Assembly (NCBI GenBank): GCA_942492405.1
Contig: CALOES010000016.1
Span: 126,970 to 190,969 of the forward strand
Source of the DNA: an uncultured Planctomycetaceae bacterium
GTDB taxonomy: Bacteria; Planctomycetota; Planctomycetia; Planctomycetales; Planctomycetaceae
Reading direction: 5' to 3'
Length of the DNA stretch: 64,000 nt
Shown here: positions 1 to 8,792 of the stretch, piece by piece
Numbering within the stretch: the stretch's first letter is position 1
Layout: every line of letters begins with the position of its first letter
Program-made: the position numbers and the translations under genes
The notes under the pieces: generated by a model
The model's database searches: none
What the model saw: the letters and a program-made list of their open reading frames with translations, nothing else
Told to the model about the DNA's origin: nothing

Positions 1-224
1 TGCATGTCGGAAGCCATCGCCTGGAACGACTTCTTGCAGACCTCGGGGAAGTAGCCGGCTTCGTTGACCATGCCCCCCAACTGGCCCCCCATGCCGACGG
101 CACAGGTCTTACAGGCGTTCTTCGAACGCATCGCCTTCCACATGCGCAGCCAGCCGACGCGGCTGGCCAGCTTCAAGCTGTAGCCGATCGCCTTCCAACC
201 TCCTCCTGCCGAGGGTGCTTTCAT
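1..224 (-). CDS. N-terminal fragment of a FdhF/YdeP-family molybdopterin oxidoreductase (gene runs off the window edge)
   Basis: Reverse-strand translation from the ATG at 224: MKAPSAGGGWKAIGYSLKL...MRSKNACKTCAVGMGG...FPEVCKKSFQAMA. This resembles the YdeP N-terminus (AGGWGA..K...M.K.....CPGCA...F.ICENGAKAIAW). Sits on the same strand downstream of the CRTAC1 gene. Confidence 0.45.
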   Translation of the reverse strand, partial: MKAPSAGGGWKAIGYSLKLASRVGWLRMWKAMRSKNACKTCAVGMGGQLGGMVNEAGYFPEVCKKSFQAMASDM

Positions 225-258
225 CTGTTGTTGTCGTTCCTGAAAGTTTAGTGCGTTT

Positions 259-1989
259 CTATTCGTGTTCGATGATTTGCAATAGCGAATTGAGTTTCGG
301 CGACGCAACCGTTTGTTCGATGCCCGATGGCCAGGTGATCTTGACGGAGTCGATCTGCTCCGCGATTCCCAGCCCAAAGAACAGACGTCGCGAGTTCGTC
401 GACGCGTAACTCCCCCCCCCCTTCCAGTGCCTGACGAATTCTCCGTTGGGAGTGATCACGCGCACCACGGCACCGACGGCATCTCGTGGGGAAGTCGTGC
501 CGATCAGATCGACGTTCAGCCACCCCCCCTCGGACGGAGTTTCATTCGAGAGCAACGCCACCGGCTCGTTCGTATGACTGACGGCAAGGTCCACATCGCC
601 GTCGTTGTCGAAGTCGGCCGCCGCCGCCCCGCGACCCATGTGAGGTTCCGACAAATACCCCTCGACGGCCGGTGCCACGTTTGCAAACGCTCCCCCCGGC
701 GAATTGCGAAACAACAAGGGGGTCTGACGCAATGGGGCGTTTACCGGATAGCGAATCACATGGCCGTTCGACACGAACATGTCTTCATCGCCGTCGCGCT
801 CGACGTCGAAGCAGCAGGTGCCCCAGCCAACGAAAAGCGAACCAACCGCATTGATCCCCATCGGCTGACTGACGTGCCTGAAGAACAGATTCCCCTCGTT
901 CTCATAAAGTGCGGCGCTCTCGCTCTCGTAGTTCACAACCCACAAGTCGGGCAGGCCGTCAAGATTGTGATCGTACAAATCGACCCCCATGCTCCCCTCG
1001 GGCATCCCTCGGTCGTTGCGGCCCGTGCCACTGTTGAGCGAGCAATCGGTGATCGTTCCATCTCCATTGTTGCCGTACAGAAAGTTCGCCACCGTATCGT
1101 TGGTAACATACACCTCCAGGTCGCCATCGAGATCAAGGTCGGCAACGACGACTCCGAGACCCTTGCCGTCGGTATTCAGCCCTGCCTCGCTCGATACATC
1201 ACGAAACGTGCCGTCGCCATTGCTGAAGTAGAGCGTGTCGGGGAGCCCATCAAAGCTCTTCGGCGGGCAGACTTCGCGTTGATCGGGTACGCCGGTCCCA
1301 CAAAAGGGATCGTTCTCAAACGACCAATTCACATAGTGAGCCAGATAGAGATCGAGGTGACCGTCGCCATTGAGATCACCCCAGGCGGCGCTGCTGCTCC
1401 ATAGTTCATCGGTGAGGCCCGCCATTTCGGCCATCGACTCGAAGGTGCCGTCTCCAAGATTGTGCAGCAGTTCCACGCCGCCGTAGCCGGTCACCAGCAG
1501 ATCGGGAAACCCATCGTTGTCGTAGTCGCCGCGGCAGATGCCGTGGCTGTAATGCGATCCCCCCTCGGCATGGGCCTGTGAAGTGACTTCGTCAAACTCC
1601 CATTTCCTGCGATTGCGATATAGTCCGCACGGGAGACCGAGAACCTCTTTCTCTGGCCCGAACTCGCCTCCGCCGGCGATGTACAAATCGTCCCGTCCAT
1701 CGAGGTCGTAATCGACGGCGGCCAATCCTCCCCCAAGCGACTCGAGGATGGAAAAATGTCCCGCCTCTTCTCCGTTGTGATAAGTGAAATCGACCCCGCT
1801 CTGCTTCGCGATTTCGACGAAATGCGGTGGATCAACGTTGATGTCACGAGTTGTGCCCGTCGAGGACGATGATGTGTGACCAGCCGCGGAATGACCCGTC
1901 GGATCCGACTCCCCTCCGTTGCAACCGACGCCGACGGCTGCCAGACAGCCGACAACGATCATCAACGGGTAAGAACGAGTGGCGATCAT
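259..1989 (-). CDS. CRTAC1-family secreted protein (FG-GAP/VCBS repeats plus ASPIC/UnbV C-terminal domain), lipoprotein signal
   Basis: 576-aa ORF. N-terminus MIATRSYPLMIVVGCLAAVGVGC (lipobox). Repeated DxDGDGxxD / FGDLNGDG calcium-binding FG-GAP motifs. C-terminus ...VKITWPSGIEQTV (UnbV/ASPIC). Confidence 0.85.
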   Translation of the reverse strand: MIATRSYPLMIVVGCLAAVGVGCNGGESDPTGHSAAGHTSSSSTGTTRDINVDPPHFVEIAKQSGVDFTYHNGEEAGHFSILESLGGGLAAVDYDLDGRDDLYIAGGGEFGPEKEVLGLPCGLYRNRRKWEFDEVTSQAHAEGGSHYSHGICRGDYDNDGFPDLLVTGYGGVELLHNLGDGTFESMAEMAGLTDELWSSSAAWGDLNGDGHLDLYLAHYVNWSFENDPFCGTGVPDQREVCPPKSFDGLPDTLYFSNGDGTFRDVSSEAGLNTDGKGLGVVVADLDLDGDLEVYVTNDTVANFLYGNNGDGTITDCSLNSGTGRNDRGMPEGSMGVDLYDHNLDGLPDLWVVNYESESAALYENEGNLFFRHVSQPMGINAVGSLFVGWGTCCFDVERDGDEDMFVSNGHVIRYPVNAPLRQTPLLFRNSPGGAFANVAPAVEGYLSEPHMGRGAAAADFDNDGDVDLAVSHTNEPVALLSNETPSEGGWLNVDLIGTTSPRDAVGAVVRVITPNGEFVRHWKGGGSYASTNSRRLFFGLGIAEQIDSVKITWPSGIEQTVASPKLNSLLQIIEHE

Positions 1990-2157
1990 GCAGGAAAGGT
2001 TGTCTCGAATTGCAAAGGCTACGCGGCCATCGTATCACAAACGTCGTGCCTCGGAAAAACAAGCCGCACCTCGCTGAGTCACTCTGCAACCGATAGACTC
2101 GTTCGCGAGGGATAAACCTGCAGGCACGGTTCCACCAACTCCCAATGACGCAAAACG

Positions 2158-5085
2158 TTGACTGATCAGACAAGACCCCTGAATCTTCGCGTTGCGGTCC
2201 TGGGGGCATTCCTGTTGATCGCCGCGGCCATCGTCGTATTCATGGCGCGAAGGTCGGCGACGTCGTTCGAGGCATTGTCCGGTGCCGCCCAAGTCGCAGA
2301 AGACCAGGAGGACTGGACCGAATTGAAGCGACTGTCGGAGCAATTGATTCAGTTACAGCCGGAAGATGTTCAAGCGAACTTCTGGCTGGCGGCCGCCGAC
2401 TGGCATTTGGGGCTACAGGAGGAAGCTGTCGCCCGCTGGTCGACGTTGCAATCCGAAGAGGACGGCGACGTTGTGAGAGCCCGGTTTCTCGCAGGCACCG
2501 AATTATGGGAACTCGGCCAGCCCGCCCGTGCCGAAGCGGTGCTGCGCGAAGGACTGGGACATGATCCCGAGCACCTCTCATCGCTGGAATTGCTGCTCGA
2601 CATCTATTTGCAGCAACTGCGTCGTGACGAACTGCTCGATACCTTGAGTCGCATCAGGTCGATTCGACCCCTCAGCGTGCGCGAACTGGCGACCGAGTTG
2701 TTGGCGGGACGGTCGATCATTTCGCCCGATCGTGGATTGGCTACGACCGAACGCTGGCTCGAGGCGGACCCCGGAGACGTTTCCAGTGCCATCGCTCGTG
2801 TGCGCTATCTGCTCGAATTAGACCAGGCTTCCGAAGCATTCAAACTGACTGACAGCTTGACAAGTGATGCGACCGAGAACTCCCAGGGGCGAGTCCAGGC
2901 CGCTCGGGCGATCGCTGCATTGTCCATCGGCGATGTGTCGGCAGCCGTCGATGCGGCGAATGCGTTGATTCTTACGACAGCGTCGACGTCGGTAGAATGG
3001 GAAGCCTATGGCCGCGTCGCCCTTCGACTGGGGGAAGACACCGTCGCCGCGCTCGCTCTGCAACGAGCGGCGCAAGTGGCTCCCTTCGATGTCGAGATTC
3101 AGTTTCAATGGGCGACCGCGTTGGAACGCTCTGGCGACTCTCAATCCGCAGACATCTGGCAACACTCTCGCGACATCGATGAGCTGGAACGCGAAGCCTT
3201 CATGTTGCTCGACAGCGATCGATACGCGCCACAACTCGTTGCCGACACGATTGCCGTGGTTGTCCAGCGGCTGATGCGGATTGGCCAGCCTCTCGCCGCG
3301 TCGGACTGGGTGCGGGCGGGGTTGCAACTTGTCCCGGGGCATCGCGAACTCAGTACTCTCGACGGTCCGGTGAGTGAAATGCTGGCGATCGCCGACGCTG
3401 ATCTCACAGACATCGAGCCCATCCCGGAACTTCCCCGACTGACGTTTTCCGCAACCGCAAACGATGCCACCGCGGCTGTCGGTGCTGCTCGGAGTATTCA
3501 GTTCGTCGATGTTGCCCAGCAGAGCGGCATTCAATTTCAGTACGACAATGGAGCGGCCGGTCTCAAACGGATTATCGAAACGATCGGTGGCGGAGTCGCG
3601 GTCCTCGATTACGACAACGACGGCTGGCCCGATCTTTACTTTCCTCAAGGAGGCCCGCTTCCCGACGAGCCGCGAAACGCCGATGCGTTCGATCGTCTCT
3701 ACCGGAATCTTGGCGATGGCACGTTTCGCGACGTTACGCGACAGGCGGGGCTTGAGGAACTCAACTACAGTCAGGGATGCGCCGTCGGAGACTTCGACAA
3801 CGACGGCGATCCCGATCTGCTGGTCGCCAACGTGGGGCGCAACACGTTCCACGAAAACCTGGGAGATGGAACGTTTCGCAGTGTTCACATCGCCGGCGTG
3901 ACGGAAGACGAAGACCCCAGTTCCAGCGTCGCTTTCGGCGACCTCAACGGAGACGGACTGCTCGACATCTACGTCGTCAACTACATCTCGGATTGGACGC
4001 GCGTCTGTTACAACTCTCAAGGCATCGTCGCCACCTGCAATCCCCATTCGCTGGCGGCTGCGCAAGACCGCGTCTATTGCAATCGGGGGGATGGCACCTT
4101 TGCCGACGTCACCCGCGAAGCGGGCTTTATCGCCGCGGAGGGAAAGGGGCTGGGCATCGTCATCTCGGACTTCGATGCCGATGGCCGACAGGACGTCTAT
4201 GTGGCCAACGATGGGACGCCCAACTTTCTGTTCCAGAACATCGGCGAGGGGCTGGAGTTCGCCTTTCGCGAATCGGGTCTACTCGCCGGCGTCGCCGTGA
4301 GTGGTGAAGGCCGCGCCGAAGCCGGAATGGGTATCGCGGCTGCCGATCTCAATCAGGATCTCAAGCTCGATCTGTTTGTCACGAACTTCTTTCAGGAACC
4401 GAATCGACTCTACCTGAACCAAGGGGACGGCGTCTTTGGAGACGCAACGCGACAATCGTCGCTCGATCAATCGAGCCGAGATGTGCTGGGCTTCGGAACG
4501 CAGGCAGCCGACTTCGATGGCGATGGAGATGCCGATCTGATTGTGGCCAACGGCGACATCGACGATTACTCCGCCGTCGGTCGCCCCTGGAAAATGCCTC
4601 CGCAAGTCTTCGAGAATCTGGGGAATGGGCGATTCGCTGATATCAGCGACTCTGCAGGGGCCTATTTCGAGGATCTCTATCTGGGGCGTGGAGTCGCCCG
4701 GCTCGACTTCAATCGCGATGGCCGCATCGATGTGGCCATCGTGCATCAAGACCGCCCCGTAGCCCTGCTCGAGAACACGACTTCGACAGTGCCCAGGACG
4801 CTTCCAACGATTGTCACACTTGTGGGTACCGATTCGAACCGCGACGCGGTCGGTTCTCGCCTGATCTGGTCGACGGGCGAATTGCGAATACTGCAGCAGA
4901 TTGAGGGTGGTAACGGTTTTATGGCCTCGAACGAGCGAACGATTTTTCTGCCAAACGTATCGTCTGAAATTCCGGGGACATTGGTCGTTGAGTGGTCCAG
5001 TGGGATCAGTGAACGGTTCGACAGTCTCCCAGCAGGGTACTGGTTGCTCCAGGAAGGGTGTAAGCCATTACGTCTCTTGCGATAA
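2158..5085 (+). CDS. Membrane-anchored TPR-repeat protein fused to a CRTAC1/ASPIC-UnbV FG-GAP domain
   Basis: 975 aa. N-terminal TM helix (VAVLGAFLLIAAAIVVFMA), about 450 aa of TPR-like helical repeats, then FG-GAP repeats (VLDYDNDGWPDLYF, GDFDNDGDPDLLV, FGDLNGDGLLDIYV) and a UnbV-like C-terminus. Confidence 0.85.
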   Translation: MTDQTRPLNLRVAVLGAFLLIAAAIVVFMARRSATSFEALSGAAQVAEDQEDWTELKRLSEQLIQLQPEDVQANFWLAAADWHLGLQEEAVARWSTLQSEEDGDVVRARFLAGTELWELGQPARAEAVLREGLGHDPEHLSSLELLLDIYLQQLRRDELLDTLSRIRSIRPLSVRELATELLAGRSIISPDRGLATTERWLEADPGDVSSAIARVRYLLELDQASEAFKLTDSLTSDATENSQGRVQAARAIAALSIGDVSAAVDAANALILTTASTSVEWEAYGRVALRLGEDTVAALALQRAAQVAPFDVEIQFQWATALERSGDSQSADIWQHSRDIDELEREAFMLLDSDRYAPQLVADTIAVVVQRLMRIGQPLAASDWVRAGLQLVPGHRELSTLDGPVSEMLAIADADLTDIEPIPELPRLTFSATANDATAAVGAARSIQFVDVAQQSGIQFQYDNGAAGLKRIIETIGGGVAVLDYDNDGWPDLYFPQGGPLPDEPRNADAFDRLYRNLGDGTFRDVTRQAGLEELNYSQGCAVGDFDNDGDPDLLVANVGRNTFHENLGDGTFRSVHIAGVTEDEDPSSSVAFGDLNGDGLLDIYVVNYISDWTRVCYNSQGIVATCNPHSLAAAQDRVYCNRGDGTFADVTREAGFIAAEGKGLGIVISDFDADGRQDVYVANDGTPNFLFQNIGEGLEFAFRESGLLAGVAVSGEGRAEAGMGIAAADLNQDLKLDLFVTNFFQEPNRLYLNQGDGVFGDATRQSSLDQSSRDVLGFGTQAADFDGDGDADLIVANGDIDDYSAVGRPWKMPPQVFENLGNGRFADISDSAGAYFEDLYLGRGVARLDFNRDGRIDVAIVHQDRPVALLENTTSTVPRTLPTIVTLVGTDSNRDAVGSRLIWSTGELRILQQIEGGNGFMASNERTIFLPNVSSEIPGTLVVEWSSGISERFDSLPAGYWLLQEGCKPLRLLR

Positions 5086-5101
5086 ATGCGCTCGACGTCG
5101 A

Positions 5102-5130
5102 TTGACTTGGCTTGTTCCCACAGCTATTCT
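5102..5130 (+). promoter_or_regulatory. Possible sigma70-like promoter (TTGACT, 17 nt, TATTCT) upstream of the DUF1559 gene
   Basis: TTGACT at 5102-5107, 17-nt spacer, TATTCT at 5125-5130, about 125 nt upstream of the ATG at 5257. Sequence pattern only. Confidence 0.25.
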
Positions 5131-5256
5131 CGATAGTAGGGAACTTCATTCCTTCACCGAAATTTCTTGTTGATTTAGCGGGCCGATTCGTCGAGTTTTT
5201 TACGGGTGCGTCTCGTTTGCACTTCTATTCTTCATTCTCTTCTAAAGGAGAAGTCC

Positions 5257-6372
5257 ATGCGCCGGGGGTTAGCTCGTTCGCGTCGATCAGCGTTTACGTT
5301 GATTGAATTGCTGGTGGTCATTGCCATTATTGCCATTTTGATTGCATTGCTGCTGCCCGCTGTGCAGCAGGCGCGCGAGGCCGCTCGCCGAACTCAATGC
5401 CGCAACAACATGCATCAGCTCGGCCTGGCGATGCATAACTATCACGAAATTCACGACGTTTTCCCGCCCACGCAGATCATGGTGTACTACTCGGGGGGTG
5501 GGTTCTCGGCTCCGCGTCCGCGAAATCACACCTGGATTTCGATGATCCTGCCTCAGCTCGATCAAGGCCCCTTGTACAACCAGATCAATTTCGATGCTCC
5601 GATCTGGAACGACGGTGGTGCCGACCCGAACTTCCCCACTGGTCCGCAGATGGTGGGCGGCCAGCCGGCTGTGGCTCAGATCATTCCTGCATTGATTTGT
5701 CCTTCGGACCCGGGATTCAATGGCGGATTGCCGCACGGCGGTATCGCCCAAACCAACTACGCGGGTAACATGGGTTGGGACTGGTGGTGGCGTGGTTCGC
5801 ACGACGCTCAGGGACCAATGCAGAATGCCAGTGCCGGCACAACGCTGACCGACATCAAGGACGGCACCTCCCAGACGATCTTGCTGGGTGAATGTTCGAC
5901 TGCCGGTTTCGAAACGTTGCCCGGTTTTGCGTCTCATACCGCGATGGGGCACGGTCGGTTACGGGGCAATCCCGCCGAGAACGCGGTCTTTCGCGCGGCA
6001 TTGATCGCTCCACAGACAAACTCCGACTCGATGAGCTTCGGCGGTATCGGGCTCGGTGCATTTCGTGCCGGCCAAAGCTGGGTTCGTCCTGACGGCAACG
6101 CCGGTGGATTCTGGTGGCGAGGTGGACCCCACGTCTGCCAGCCAACTTACTTGAGCTGTTTCGGCTTGAATAACAACTGGCCGGGAGCCAGCAGCGTCCA
6201 TGAGGGAGGCGGCTTCTTCCTGATGGCTGACGGTGCTGTCAAGTTCATCAACGAGAGTATGGACGGTGCCCACCGCGACATTCCGAACATCAACGGTCTG
6301 GTCGGCACAACCTGGAATTCGCTCAATACGTTTAACGGCGGCCAACGTGAGCGTCTGGTCGGCGAATTCTAG
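5257..6372 (+). CDS. DUF1559 'H-X9-DG' protein with prepilin-type N-terminal cleavage/methylation domain
   Basis: Start chosen at the ATG preceded by aaaggagaag. N-terminus MRRGLARSRRSAFTLIELLVVIAIIAILIALLLPAVQQAREAARRTQCRNNMHQLGLAMHNYHE. C-terminal SVHEGGGFFLMADGAVKFI (H-X9-DG). The family is very abundant in Planctomycetes. Confidence 0.85.
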   Translation: MRRGLARSRRSAFTLIELLVVIAIIAILIALLLPAVQQAREAARRTQCRNNMHQLGLAMHNYHEIHDVFPPTQIMVYYSGGGFSAPRPRNHTWISMILPQLDQGPLYNQINFDAPIWNDGGADPNFPTGPQMVGGQPAVAQIIPALICPSDPGFNGGLPHGGIAQTNYAGNMGWDWWWRGSHDAQGPMQNASAGTTLTDIKDGTSQTILLGECSTAGFETLPGFASHTAMGHGRLRGNPAENAVFRAALIAPQTNSDSMSFGGIGLGAFRAGQSWVRPDGNAGGFWWRGGPHVCQPTYLSCFGLNNNWPGASSVHEGGGFFLMADGAVKFINESMDGAHRDIPNINGLVGTTWNSLNTFNGGQRERLVGEF

Positions 6373-6513
6373 AGTTCGTCCTGAGAGTTCACTTTCAGAT
6401 TAAGGTATTTTCGGCAGGCCGCAGTCGTGTGATTGCGGCCTGTCGATCGTTACAGTTACATTGATCCAACGACAGGGTGTCGTGGATCGCATCGATTCGC
6501 TCCTCGAACTTGT

Positions 6514-7014
6514 GTGAGGTTGTACGTGAAAGACTGTTTTGCAATTGTGACCGCACTGGCGTTGTGCACCTGCACATTGGGATGCAGTGGGGGAAGTGAC
6601 GAGCTCGACACTGTCAGCGTATCGGGCAAGGTCTATGTCGATGGAGCCGTCCATAGCTCCGGCAGCCTGCAACTCTATCCGATCACCGGACCTGATGAAG
6701 TTAAACCGTCGGTTGCCGGCGTGATCGGTTCCGATGGATCCTTCACGCTGACGACCTACTCCGAAGGAGACGGTGCCCCTCCTGGAGAGTATACGGCGAG
6801 CCTTGCCGCCGGCGGGACCGGAGGCTCCACCGACCCGAGTGCGATGATGTCGAGCATGGGTGGGGCTCCCCAGGTTGACTCCGTCACAATCACGATCCCC
6901 GAAGATGGAAGTGACAGTTTGGACATCAATTTCGTGAGTGCCTCTGGTGGGGCTGGTGGTTCTGGTGATGGAACCGGCGGTGGAGAATCCAACACATTGC
7001 TGGGATCACCCTGA
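6514..7014 (+). CDS. Small lipoprotein with carboxypeptidase-regulatory-like beta-sandwich domain
   Basis: Signal/lipobox ...AIVTALALCTCTLGCSGG. Then VSGKVYVDGAV...GSDGSFTLTTY...PGEYTASL (CarboxypepD_reg pattern). Gly/Ser-rich tail. Typical partner immediately downstream of DUF1559 genes. Start is a GTG at 6514 or 6526 (uncertain); the track ORF starts at 6433. Confidence 0.65.
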   Translation: MRLYVKDCFAIVTALALCTCTLGCSGGSDELDTVSVSGKVYVDGAVHSSGSLQLYPITGPDEVKPSVAGVIGSDGSFTLTTYSEGDGAPPGEYTASLAAGGTGGSTDPSAMMSSMGGAPQVDSVTITIPEDGSDSLDINFVSASGGAGGSGDGTGGGESNTLLGSP

Positions 7015-7034
7015 GCATCGCCGTTGGAAGAATT

Positions 7035-8792
7035 GTGGATGCGCTGCGGGATCACGTGTCGGCACCTTTGGTTTGTCGAGCCCTGCTGGTCGTTGTCTGC
7101 GCATGTGTTCTTGTAGCGGGATGTCGATCTGAGACAGAAGAGGCTGCGGAGCCCGGCGAGGCTCCGCGGCCTCGTTTGTTTGCAGAGGTGACCGAAAGCT
7201 GGGGCCTGCAGGCCATCCACGACCCCGGTTCGCTCGACGACTACGAGATGCCTCAGATCATGGCCGGAGGCGGTGCCGTGCTCGACTTCGATCGTGACGG
7301 CGCGCTCGACTTCTTTCTGGTCGATTCTGTTTCACCCGAGACGGGTGAGCCTGCGCAGTTCTTCCGCTCGCGGCACCATCCAGACATCGCGCTGGAAGAT
7401 GTGACGGCTTTCACCCACGTTGAGCGCTTGCACGGCGGCATGGGAGCGGCGGTCGGCGATGCCGACAACGACGGCTTCCCCGATCTCTATCTCACTTGCT
7501 ACGACGGCGACCGCTTGTACATCAACAACGGCGACGGGACGTTTTTCGACGCGACGTCGGCAGCCGGCATCGAGTGCCCGGCCTGGAGTGGCGCGGCCAG
7601 CTTCACCGACTACGACGGCGACGGCGACCTCGACCTGTTCGTGGTGCACTACGTGCAGTATCGCATGGGGGAAACCTGCCACGATGCACGCGGGCTGCGT
7701 GACTACTGCGGCCCGAGCGCGTTTCCTGGTACCATCGACCGGTTGTTCGAGAATACCGGCCAGACCGATGCCGGCGTCCCTCGATTCATCGAAGTCACGG
7801 GTGAGGCGGGTCTCTTAAGCAATGTCGGCAAAGGGTTGGGCGTCGCTTGCGAAGACTTCACCGGCGACAACTTGATCGACTTCTACATCGCCAACGACAT
7901 GGAAGCCAATCACTTCTGGGTCCAGCAGCCCGGCGGAGACTTTCAAGACGCAGCCCTGCTGCAGGGAGTTGCGCTCAACCGACTGGGGGAAGCCGAGGCC
8001 AGCATGGGTGTCTGCACCGCCGATTTGACCGGCGATGGGACATCGGATCTCTTCCTGACCCATCTGACCGGGCAGACCAACACACTCTACGCACGGCGAC
8101 CTGACGGAACCTGGGTCGATCAATCGGCGGAGTCGGGCCTGGGAGTCCCCTCACTGCAATCGACGGGATTCGGTGTGTGTGCCATCGACATCGAACACGA
8201 CGGCGACCTCGATCTGCTGATCGCCAACGGTGCCGTCAAAAGAGAGGACTCACACAGTGGCCGCACTGACGGCGACATCGCTTCCGCCTTCGCTCAGGTG
8301 AATCAGATCATGACGAGTACCGCTCCAGGAGCCTATGAGGAGATGATCTCTACGTCAGACGACTTCCTGAGCCGACGCGAAATCTCGCGCGGCCTGGCCG
8401 GTGGCGACTTCGACGGCGACGGCGATGTCGACGTCTTGTTGACCAATTGTGCCGGCCCTGCCCGGATTTTTCTCAACGAGGCTCCGAAGTCGGGGCATTG
8501 GCTGCAGGTGCAACTCGTCGGGCGCGGCAACAGCCGCGACGGACTGGCCGCCCATGTGACCGTCACGCTTGATGGTACTCGGCAGACGCGAACCCTGAAT
8601 CCTTATCAAGGCTACTTCACCAGCAGCGATTTCAAGTTGCACTTCGGACTCGCGGCCGATCACTTCGATCAGATCGACATCACCTGGTCCGATGGAACGA
8701 CTCAGGTTATCGACGGGGGGCCGGCCGATCGCGTGCTCGCGGTGATTGAAGGATTTCCTCATCCCGTCGAACTTCCGCACTCCACACCATGA
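7035..8792 (+). CDS. CRTAC1-family lipoprotein (FG-GAP repeats plus ASPIC/UnbV)
   Basis: 585 aa. N-terminus ...LLVVVCACVLVAGC. Motifs GDADNDGFPDLYL, FTDYDGDGDLDLFV, GDFDGDGDVDVLL. C-terminal UnbV-like segment (...IDITWSDGTTQVIDG). Confidence 0.85.
   Translation: MDALRDHVSAPLVCRALLVVVCACVLVAGCRSETEEAAEPGEAPRPRLFAEVTESWGLQAIHDPGSLDDYEMPQIMAGGGAVLDFDRDGALDFFLVDSVSPETGEPAQFFRSRHHPDIALEDVTAFTHVERLHGGMGAAVGDADNDGFPDLYLTCYDGDRLYINNGDGTFFDATSAAGIECPAWSGAASFTDYDGDGDLDLFVVHYVQYRMGETCHDARGLRDYCGPSAFPGTIDRLFENTGQTDAGVPRFIEVTGEAGLLSNVGKGLGVACEDFTGDNLIDFYIANDMEANHFWVQQPGGDFQDAALLQGVALNRLGEAEASMGVCTADLTGDGTSDLFLTHLTGQTNTLYARRPDGTWVDQSAESGLGVPSLQSTGFGVCAIDIEHDGDLDLLIANGAVKREDSHSGRTDGDIASAFAQVNQIMTSTAPGAYEEMISTSDDFLSRREISRGLAGGDFDGDGDVDVLLTNCAGPARIFLNEAPKSGHWLQVQLVGRGNSRDGLAAHVTVTLDGTRQTRTLNPYQGYFTSSDFKLHFGLAADHFDQIDITWSDGTTQVIDGGPADRVLAVIEGFPHPVELPHSTP

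Noticed and set aside
313-1404. 363-aa + strand ORF
   Set aside because: Fully antisense to the CRTAC1 gene (259..1989). Arg/Val-rich composition typical of high-GC shadow ORFs. No motif.
2818-4065. 415-aa - strand ORF
   Set aside because: Antisense to the TPR-CRTAC1 fusion gene, which has clear domain structure.
6405-6433. Hairpin aggccgcagtcgtgtgattgcggcct after the DUF1559 gene, as a terminator
   Set aside because: 7-bp GC stem but no downstream U-tract on either strand, so it was not called a terminator.
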